Positions 1 to 10,518 of a DNA stretch of 64,000 bases are shown here, piece by piece. The notes beneath the pieces were generated by a model that was given only the letters and a program-made list of their open reading frames with translations, did no database searches and was not told the DNA's origin. How positions within the stretch are numbered: the stretch's first letter is position 1; every line of letters starts with the position of its first letter. The position numbers and the translations under genes were made by a program. This DNA comes from the human T2T-CHM13v2.0 reference genome, Homo sapiens, in the NCBI RefSeq assembly GCF_009914755.1, contig NC_060936.1. The stretch is one strand, 5' to 3'.

Positions 1-667
1 GATGGCCTGAACGAGGTCCAAATATCTGCTTGCAGACTTTACAAAGACAGTGTCTCCAAACTCCTCCATCAAAAGAAAGGTTATACTCTGTGAATTGAAC
101 GCACACATCACAAAGTTGTTTCTGTGAATGATTCTGTCTAGTTTTTATAGGAAGATATTTCCTTTTCTACATTTGGCCTAAAAGCGCTTGAAATCTCCAC
201 CTGCAAATATCACAAAAAGAGGGTTTCACATCTGCTCTCTCTAAAGGACAGTTCACCTCTGTGAGTTGAATAGAGGCAACACAAAGAACTTACTCAGTAT
301 TCTTCTTTCTAACGTTCTATGAAGAAATCCCGTTTCTAACGAAGTCCCCAAAGAGGTCCAAATATCTGCTTGCAGACTTTACAGACAGAGTGTTTCCAAA
401 CTACTCTATGAAAAGAAAGCTTAAACTCCTTGAGTTGAACGCACACATCACAAATTAGTTTCTGAGAATGATTCTGTCTAGTTTTTATACGAAGATGTTT
501 CCTTTTCTACATTTGGTCTCAAAGCGATTGAAATCTCCAACTGGAAACTGCACAAATAGGGTGTTTCAAATCTGCTCTGTCTAAAGGAAGGTTCAACTCT
601 GTGAGTTGAATACACACAGCACAAATAAGTTACTGAGAATTCTTCTGTCGAACATTACTTGAAGAAA

Positions 668-684
668 TCCCGTTTCCAACGAAG
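668..684 (-). promoter_or_regulatory. Canonical CENP-B box (example; about 188 box positions in the window at ~340-bp spacing)
   Basis: tcccgtttccaacgaag is the reverse complement of CTTCGTTGGAAACGGGA, matching YTTCGTTGGAARCGGGA. Box positions run from 328 to 63831. Confidence 0.97.
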
Positions 685-1006
685 GCCTCAAAGAGGTCCA
701 AATATCCACTTGCAGACATTACAAACAGAGTGTTTCCAAACTGCTCCATCAAAAGAAAGGTTAAACTCTGTGAGCTGAACACACACATCAAAAAGAAGTT
801 TCTGTGAATGATTCTGTCTAGATTTTGTAAGAAGATGTTTCCTTTTCTACCGTAGGCCTCAATGCGCTTGAAATCTCCACCTGCAAATTCCACAAAAAGG
901 GTGTTTAACATCTGCTCTTCTAAAGGAAAGTTAAACTCTATGCGTTGAATACACACAGGACAAAGAAGTTACTGAGACTTCTCCTATCAAACATTATATG
1001 AAGAAA

Positions 1007-2365
1007 TCCCGTTTCCAACGAAGGCCTCAAAGAGGTCCAAATATCTGCTTGCAGACTTTACAGACAGACTTTTTCCAAACTGCTCCATCAAAAGAAAGGT
1101 TAAACTCCTTGAGTTGAACACACACATCACAAAGTAGTTTCTGTGAATGATTCTGTCTAGTTTTTATACGAAGATGTTTCCTTTTCTACCTTTGGTCTCA
1201 AAGCGATTGAAATCTCCACATGGAAACTCCACAAAAAGAGTGTTTCAAATCTGCTCTTTCTGAAGGAAGGTTCAACTCTGTGAGTTGAATACACACACCA
1301 CAAATAAGTTACTGAGAATTCTTCTGTGTAACATTATATGAGGAAATCCCGTTTCCAACGAAGGCCTCAAAGAGGTCCAAATATCCACTTGCAGACTTTA
1401 CAAAGACAGTGTCTCCAAACTCCTCCATCAAAAGAAAGGTTATACTCTGTGAATTGAACGCACACATCACAAAGTAGTTTCTGAGAATGATTCTGTCTAG
1501 TTTTTATACGAAGATATTTCCTTTTCTACATTTGGCCTAAAAGCGCTTGAAATCTCCACCTGCAAATATCACAAAAAGAGGGTTTCACATCTGCTCTGTC
1601 TAAAGGACAGTTCACCTCTGTGAGTTGAATAGAGGCAACACAAAGAACTTACTCAGTATTCTTCTTTCTAGCGTTCTATGAAGAAATCCCGTTTCCAACG
1701 ACGACCCCAATGAGGTCCAAATATCTGCTTGCAGACTTTACAGACAGAGTGTTTCCAAACTACTCTATGAAAAGAAAGCTTAAACTCCTTGAGTTGAACG
1801 CACACATCACAAAGTAGTTTCTGAGAATGATGCTGTCTTGTTTTTGTACGAAGATGTTTCCTTTTCTACATTTGGTCTCAAAGCGATTGAAATCTCCAAC
1901 TGGAAACTGCACAAATAGGGTGTTTCAAATCTGCTCTGTCTAAAGGAAGGTTCAACTCTGTGAGTTGAATACACACACCATAAATAAGTTACTGAGAATT
2001 CTTCTGTCGAACATTACAGGAAGAAATCCCGTTTCCAACGAAGGCCTCAAAGAGGTCCAAATATCCACTTGCAGACATTACAAACAGAGTGTTTCCAAAC
2101 TGCTCCATCAAAAGAAAGGTTAAACTCTGTGAGCTGAACACACACATCAAAAAGAAGTTTCTGTGAATGATTCTGTCTAGATTTTATAAGAAGATGTTTC
2201 CTTTTCTACCGTAGGCCTCAAAGCGCTTGTAATCTCCAGCTGCAAATTCCACAAAAAGGGTGTTTAACATCTGCTCTTCTAAAGGAAAGTTCAACTCTAT
2301 GAGTTGAATACACACAGCACAAAGAAGTTACTGAGACTTCTCCTATCAAACATTATATGAAGAAA
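1007..2365 (-). repeat. Example canonical 8-mer HOR unit (dimers A-B-C-D, 1359 bp)
   Basis: Box starts at 1007 (A), 1347 (B), 1687 (C), 2027 (D) and next box at 2366; 340+340+340+339 = 1359. Confidence 0.93.
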
Positions 2366-5300
2366 TCCCGTTTCCAACGAAGGCCTCAAAGAGGTCCAAA
2401 TATCCACTTGCAGACATTACAAACAGAGTGTTTCCAAACTGCTCCATCAAAAGAAAGGTTAAACTCTGTGAGCTGAACACACACATCAAAAAGAAGTTTC
2501 TGTGAATGATTCTGTCTAGATTTTGTAAGAAGATGTTTCCTTTTCTACCGTAGGCCTCAAAGCGCTTGAAATCTCCAGCTGCAAATTCCACAAAAAGGGT
2601 GTTTAACATCTGCTCTTCTAAAGGAAAGTTCAACTCTATGAGTTGAATACACACAGCACAAAGAAGTTACTGAGACTTCTCCTATCAAACATTATATGAA
2701 GAAATCCCGTTTCTAACGATGGCCTGAACGAGGTCCAAATATCTGCTTGCAGACTTTACAAAGACAGTGTCTCCAAACTCCTCCATCAAAAGAAAGGTTA
2801 TACTCTGTGAATTGAACGCACACATCACAAAGTTGTTTCTGTGAATGATTCTGTCTAGTTTTTATAGGAAGATATTTCCTTTTCTACATTTGGCCTAAAA
2901 GCGCTTGAAATCTCCACCTGCAAATATCACAAAAAGAGGGTTTCACATCTGCTCTCTCTAAAGGACAGTTCACCTCTGTGAGTTGAATAGAGGCAACACA
3001 AAGAACTTACTCAGTATTCTTCTTTCTAACGTTCTATGAAGAAATCCCGTTTCTAACGAAGTCCCCAAAGAGGTCCAAATATCTGCTTGCAGACTTTACA
3101 GACAGAGTGTTTCCAAACTACTCTATGAAAAGAAAGCTTAAACTCCTTGAGTTGAACGCACACATCACAAATTAGTTTCTGAGAATGATTCTGTCTAGTT
3201 TTTATACGAAGATGTTTCCTTTTCTACATTTGGTCTCAAAGCGATTGAAATCTCCAACTGGAAACTGCACAAATAGGGTGTTTCAAATCTGCTCTGTCTA
3301 AAGGAAGGTTCAACTCTGTGAGTTGAATACACACAGCACAAATAAGTTACTGAGAATTCTTCTGTCGAACATTACTTGAAGAAATCCCGTTTCCAACGAA
3401 GGCCTCAAAGAGGTCCAAATATCCACTTGCAGACATTACAAACAGAGTGTTTCCAAACTGCTCCATCAAAAGAAAGGTTAAACTCTGTGAGCTGAACACA
3501 CACATCAAAAAGAAGTTTCTGTGAATGATTCTGTCTAGATTTTATAAGAAGATGTTTCCTTTTCTACCGTAGGCCTCAAAGCGCTTGAAATCTCCAGCTG
3601 CAAATTCCACAAAAAGGGTGTTTAACATCTGCTCTTCTAAAGGAAAGTTCAACTCTATGCGTTGAATACACACATCACAAAGAAGTTACTGAGACTTCTC
3701 CAATCAAACATTATATGAAGAAATCCCGTTTCCAAAGAAGGCCTCAAAGAGGTCCAAATATCTGCTTGCAGACTTTACAGACAGAGTGTTTCCAAACTGC
3801 TCCATCAAAAGAAAGGTTAAACTCCTTGAGTTGAACACACACATCACAAAGTAGTTTCTGTGAATGATTCTGTCCAGTTTTTATACGAAGATGTTTCCTT
3901 TTCTACCTTTGGTCTCAAAGCGATTGAAATCTCCACATGGAAACTCCACAAAAAGAGTGTTTCAAATCTGCTCTTTCTGAAGGAAGGTTCAACTCTGTGA
4001 GTTGAATACACACACCACAAATAAGTTACTGAGAATTCTTCTGTGTAACATTATATGAGGAAATCCCGTTTCCAACGAAGGCCTCAAAGAGGTCCAAATA
4101 TCCACTTGCAGACTTTACAAAGACAGTGTCTCCAAACTCCTCCATCAAAAGAAAGGTTATACTCTGTGAATTGAACGCACACATCACAAAGTAGTTTCTG
4201 AGAATGATTCTGTCTAGTTTTTATACGAAGATATTTCCTTTTCTACATTTGGCCTAAAAGCGCTTGAAATCTCCACCTGCAAATATCACAAAAAGAGGGT
4301 TTCACATCTGCTCTGTCTAAAGGACAGTTCACCTCTGTGAGTTGAATAGAGGCAACACAAAGAACTTACTCAGTATTCTTCTTTCTAGCGTTCTATGAAG
4401 AAATCCCGTTTCCAACGAAGGCCCCAAAGAGGTCCAAATATCCGCTTGCAGACTTTACAGACAGAGTGTTTCCAAACTGCTCCATCAAAAGAAAGGTTAA
4501 ACTCCTTGAGTTGAACACACACATCACAAAGTAGTTTCTGTGAATGATTCTGTCTAGTTTTTATACGAAGATGTTTCCTTTTCTACCTTTGGTCTCAAAG
4601 CGATTGAAATCTCCACATGGAAACTCCACAAAAAGAGTGTTTCAAATCTGCTCTTTCTGAAGGAAGGTTCAACTCTGTGAGTTGAATACACACATCACAA
4701 ATAAGTTAATGAGAATTCTTCTGTGTAACATTATATGAGGAAATCCCGTTTCCAACGAAGGCCTCAAAGAGGTCCAAATATCCACATGCAGACTTTACAA
4801 AGACAGTGTCTCCAAACTCCTCCATCAAAAGAAAGGTTATACTCTGTGAATTGAACGCACACATCACAAAGTAGTTTCTGAGAATGATTCTGTCTAGTTT
4901 TTATACGAAGATATTTCCTTTTCTACATTTGGCCTAAAAGCGCTTGAAATCTCCACCTGCAAATATCACAAAAAGAGGGTTTCACATCTGCTCTGTCTAA
5001 AGGACAGTTCACCTCTGTGAGTTGAATAGAGGCAACACAATGAACTTACTCAGTATTCTTCTTTCTAGCGTTCTATGAAGAAATCCCGTTTCCAACGAAG
5101 GCCTCAATGAGGTCCAAATATCTGCTTGCACACTTTACAGACAGAGTGTTTCCAAACTACTCTATGAAAAGAAAGCTTAAACTCCTTGAGTTGAACGCAC
5201 ACATCACAAAGTAGTTTCTGAGAATGATTCTGTCTAGTTTTTATACGAAGATGTTTCCTTTTCTACATTTGGTCTCAAAGCGATTGAAATCTCCAACTGG

Positions 5301-8141
5301 AAACTGCACAAATAGGGTGTTTCAAATCTGCTCTGTCTAAAGGAAGGTTCAACTCTGTGAGTTGAATACACACACCACACATAAGTTACTGAGAATTCTT
5401 CTGTCGAACATTACAGGAAGAAATCCCGTTTCCAACGAAGGCCTCAAAGAGGTCCAAATATCCACTTGCAGACATTACAAACAGAGTGTTTCCAAACTGC
5501 TCCATCAAAAGAAAGGTTAAACTCTGTGAGCTGAACCCACACATCAAAAAGAAGTTTCTGTGAATGATTCTGTCTAGATTTTATAAGAAGATGTTTCCTT
5601 TTCTACCGTAGGCCTCAAAGCGCTTGAAATCTCCAGCTGCAAATTCCACAAAAAGGGTGTTTAACATCTGCTCTTCTAAAGGAAAGTTCAACTCTATGAG
5701 TTGAATACACACAGCACAAAGAAGTTACTGAGACTTCTCCTATCAAACATTATATGAAGAAATCCCGTTTCCAACGAAGGCCTCAAAGAGGTCCAAATAT
5801 CTGCTTGCAGACTTTACAGACAGAGTGTTTCCAAACTGCTCCATCAAAAGAAAGGATAAACTCCTTGAGTTGAACACACACATCACAAAGTAGTTTCTGT
5901 GAATGATTCTGTCTAGTTTTTATACGAAGATGTTTCCTTTTCTACCTTTGGTCTCAAAGCGATTGAAATCTCCACATGGAAACTCCACAAAAAGAGTGTT
6001 TCAAATCTGCTCTTTCTGAAGGAAGGTTCAACTCTGTGAGTTGAATACACACACCACAAATAAGTTACTGAGAATTCTTCTGTGTAACATTATATGAGGA
6101 AATCCCGTTTCCAACGAAGGCCACAAAGAGGTCCAAATATCCACTTGCAGACTTTACAAAGACAGTGTCTCCAAACTCCTCCATCAAAAGAAAGGTTATA
6201 CTCTGTGAATTGAACGCACACATCACAAAGTAGTTTCTGAGAATGATTCTGTCTAGTTTTTATTAGAAGATATTTCCTTTTCTACATTTGGCCTAAAAGC
6301 GCTTGAAATCTCCACCTGCAAATATCACAAAAAGAGGGTTTCACATCTGCTCTGTCTAAAGGACAGTTCACCTCTGTGAGTTGAATAGAGGCAACACAAA
6401 GAACTTACACAGTATTCTTCTTTCTAGCGTTCTATGAAGAAATCCCGTTTCCAATGAAGACCCCAATGAGGTCCAAATATCTGCTTGCAGACTTTACAGA
6501 CAGAGTGTTTCCAAACTACTCTATGAAAAGAAAGCTTAAACTCCTTGAGTTGAACGCACACATCACCAAGTAGTTTCTGAGAATGATGCTGTCTAGTTTT
6601 TGTACGAAGATGTTTCCTTTTCTACATTTGGTCTCAAAGCCATTGAAATCTCCAACTGGAAACTGCACAAATAGGGTGTTTCAAATCTGCTCTGTCTAAA
6701 GGAAGGTTCAACTCTGTGAGTTGAATACACACACCATAAATAAGTTACCGAGAATTCTTCTGTCGAACATTACAGGAAGAAATCCCGTTTCCAACGAAGG
6801 CCTCAAAGAGGTCCAAATATCCACTTGCAGACATTACAAACAGAGTGTTTCCAAACTGCTCCATCAAAAGAAAGGTTAAACTCTGTGAGCTGAACACACA
6901 CATGAAAAAGAAGTTTCTGTGAATGATTCTGTCTAGATTTTATAAGAAGATGTTTCCTTTTCTACCGTAGGCCTCAAAGCGCTTGTAATCTCCAGCTGCA
7001 AATTCCACAAAAAGGGTGTTTAACATCTGCTCTTCTAAAGGAAAGTTCAACTCTATGAGTTGAATACACACAGCACAAAGAAGTTACTGAGACTTCTCCT
7101 ATCAAACATTATATGAAGAAATCCCGTTTCCAACGAAGGCCTCAAAGAGGTCCAAATATCCACTTGCAGACATTACAAACAGAGTGTTTCCAAACTGCTC
7201 CATCAAAAGAAAGGTTAAACTCTGTGAGCTGAACACACACATCAAAAAGAAGTTTCTGTGAATGATTCTGTGTAGTTTTTATACGAAGATGTTTCCTTTT
7301 CTACCTTTGGTCTCAAAGCGATTGAAATCTCCACATGGAAACTCCACAAAAAGAGTGTTTCAAATCTGCTCTTTCTGAAGGAAGGTTCAACTCTGTGAGT
7401 TGAATACACACACCACAAATAAGTTACTGAGAATTCTTCTGTGTAACATTATATGAGGAAATCCCATTTCCAACGAAGGCCTCAAAGAGGTCCCAATATC
7501 CACATGCAGACTTTACAAAGACAGTGTCTCCAAACTCCTCCATCAAAAGAAAGGTTATACTCTGTGAATTGAACGCACACATCACAAAGTAGTTTCTGAG
7601 AATGATTCTGTCTAGTTTTTATACGAAGATATTTCCTTTTCTACATTTGGCCTAAAAGCGCTTGAAATCTCCACCTGCAAATATCACAAAAAGAGGGTTT
7701 CACATCTGCTCTGTCTAAAGGACAGTTCAACTCTGTGAGTTGAATAGAGGCAACACAAAGAACTTACTCAGTATTCTTCTTTCTAGCGTTCTATGAAGAA
7801 ATCCCGTTTCCAACGAAGACCCCAATGCGGTCCAAATATCTGCTTGCAGACTTTACAGACAGAGTGTTTCCAAAGTACTCTATGAAAAGAAAGCTTAAAC
7901 TCCTTGAGTTGAACGCACACATCACAAAGTAGTTTCTGAGAATGATTCTGTCTAGTTTTTATACGAAGATGTTTCCTTTTCTACATTTGGTCTCAAAGCG
8001 ATTGAAATCTCCAACAGGAAACTGCACAAATAGGGTGTTTCAAATCTGCTCTGTCTAAAGGAAGGTTCAACTCTGTGAGTTGAATACACACACCACAAAT
8101 AAGTTACTGAGAATTCTTCTGTCGAACATTACTTGAAGAAA

Positions 8142-10179
8142 TCCCGTTTCCAACGAAGGCCTCAAAGAGGTCCAAATATCCACTTGCAGACATTACAAAC
8201 AGAGTGTTTCCAAACTGCTCCATCAAAAGAAAGGTTAATCTCTGTGAGCTGAACACACACATCAAAAAGAAGTTTCTGTGAATGATTCTGTCTAGATTTT
8301 ATAAGAAGATGCTTCCTTTTCTACCGTAGGCCTCAAAGCGCTTGAAATCTCCACATGGAAACTCCACAAAAAGGGTGTTTAACATCTGCTCTTCTAAAGG
8401 AAAGTTCAACTCTATGAGTTGAATACACACAGCACAAAGAAGTTACTGAGACTTCTCCTATCAAACATTATATGAAGAAATCCCGTTTCCAACGATGGCT
8501 TCAAAGAGGTCCAAATATCTCCTTGCAGACTTTACAAAGACAGTGTCTCCAAACTCCTCCATCAAAAGAAAGGTTATACTCTGTGAATTGAACGCACACA
8601 TCACAAAGTAGTTTCTGAGAATGATTCTGTCTAGTTTTTATACGAAGATATTTCCTTTTCTACATTTGGCCTAAAAGCGCTTGAAATCTCCACCTGCAAA
8701 TATCACAAAAAGGTTGTTTCACATCTGCTCTGTCTAAAGGACTGTTCACCTCTGTGAGTTGAATAGAGGCAACACAAAGAACTTACTCAGTATTCTTCTT
8801 TCTAGCGTTCTATGAAGAAATCCCGTTTCTAAAGAAGTCCCCAAAGAGGTCCAAATATCTGCTTGCAGACTTTACAGACAGAGTGTTTCCAAACTAGTCT
8901 ATGAAAAGAAAGCTTAAACTCCTTGAGTTGAACGCACACATCAGAAAGTAGTTTCTGAGAATTATTCTGTCTAGTTTTTATACGAAGATGTTTCCTTTTC
9001 TACATTTGGTCTCAAAGCGATTGAAATCTCCAACTGGAAACTGCACAAATAGGGTGTTTCAAAACTGCTCTGTCTAAAGGAAGGTTCAACTCTGTGAGTT
9101 GAATACACACACCACAAATAAGTTACTGAGAATTCTTCTGTCGAACATTACTTGAAGAAATCCCGTTTCCAACGAAGGCCTCAAAGAGGTCCAAATATCC
9201 ACTTGCAGACATTACAAACAGAGTGTTTCCAAACTGCTCCATCAAAAGAAAGGTTAAACTCTGTGAGCTGAACACACACATCAAAAAGAAGTTTCTGTGA
9301 ATGATTCTGTCTAGATTTTATAAGAAGATGCTTCCTTTTCTACCGTAGGCCTCAAAGCGCTTGAAATCTCCACATGGAAACTCCACAAAAAGGGTGTTTA
9401 ACATCTGCTCTTCTAAAGGAAAGTTCAACTCTATGAGTTGAATACACACAGCACAAAGAAGTTACTGAGACTTCTCCTATCAAACATTATATGAAGAAAT
9501 CCCGTTTCCAACGATGGCCTCAAAGAGGTCCAAATATCTGCTTGCAGACTTTACAAAGACAGTGTCTCCAAACTCCTCCATCAAAAGAAAGGTTATACTC
9601 TGTGAGTTGAACGCACACATCACAAAGTAGTTTCTGAGAATGATTCTGTCTAGTTTTTATACGAAGATATTTCCTTTTCTACATTTGGCCTAAAAGCGCT
9701 TGAAATCTCCACCTGCAAATATCACAAAAAGGTTGTTTCACATCTGCTCTGTCTAAAGGACAGTTCACCTCTGTGAGTTGAATAGAGGCAACACAAAGAA
9801 CTTACTCAGTATTCTTCTTTCAAGCGTTCTATGAAGAAATCCCGTTTCTAACGAAGTCCCCAAAGAGGTCCAAATATCTGCTTGTAGACTTTACAGACAG
9901 AGTGTTTCCAAACTAGTCTATGAAAAGAAAGCTTAAACTCCTTGAGTTGAACGCACACATCAGAAAGTAGTTTCTGAGAATGATTCTGTCTAGTTTTTAT
10001 ACGAAGATGTTTCCTTTTCTACATTTGGTCTCAAAGCGATTGAAATCTCCAACTGGAAACTGCACAAATAGGGTGTTTCAAAACTGCTCTGTCTAAAGGA
10101 AGTTTCAACTCTGTGAGTTGAATACACACACCACAAATAAGTTACTGAGAATTCTTCTGTCGAACATTACTTGAAGAAA
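8142..10179 (-). repeat. Tandem duplication of a 1019-bp 6-mer variant (D-B-C) x2
   Basis: Private variants repeat at offset 1019: gatgcttcc, ccacatggaaac inside D, cgatgg box, aaggttgtttc, actagtct, tcagaaag and aaaactgc. Confidence 0.88.
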
Positions 10180-10518
10180 TCCCGTTTCCAACGAAGGACT
10201 CAAAGAGGTCCAAATATCCACTTGCAGACATTACAAACAGAGTGTTTCCAAACTGCTCCATCAAAAGAAAGGTTAAACTCTGTGAGCTGAACACACACAT
10301 CAAAAATAAGTTTCTGTGAATGATTCTGTCTAGATTTTATAAGAAGATGTTTCCTTTTCTACCGTAGGCCTCAAAGCGCTTGAAATCTCCAGCTGCAAAT
10401 TCCACAAAAAGGGTCATTAACATCTGCTCTTCTAAAGGAAAGTTCAACTCTATGAGTTGAATACACACAGCACAAAGAAGTTACTGAGACTTCTCCTATC
10501 AAACATTATATGAAGAAA

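Noticed and set aside
328-344. Variant boxes tcccgtttctaacgaag (328, 3045, 9840, 50589) and tcccgtttacaacgaag (13917, 54666) as inactive boxes
   Set aside because: The changes fall at non-essential N positions of the 9-base core, so they were not counted as disrupted.
630-956. 108-aa minus-strand ORF and its near-identical copies at 2346, 36642, 40039 and 44795
   Set aside because: These are translations of dimer D that are open only where one substitution (ttttata to ttttgta) removes a stop codon. I recognise no protein family and there is no gene context. They simply mark the ttttgta D variant.
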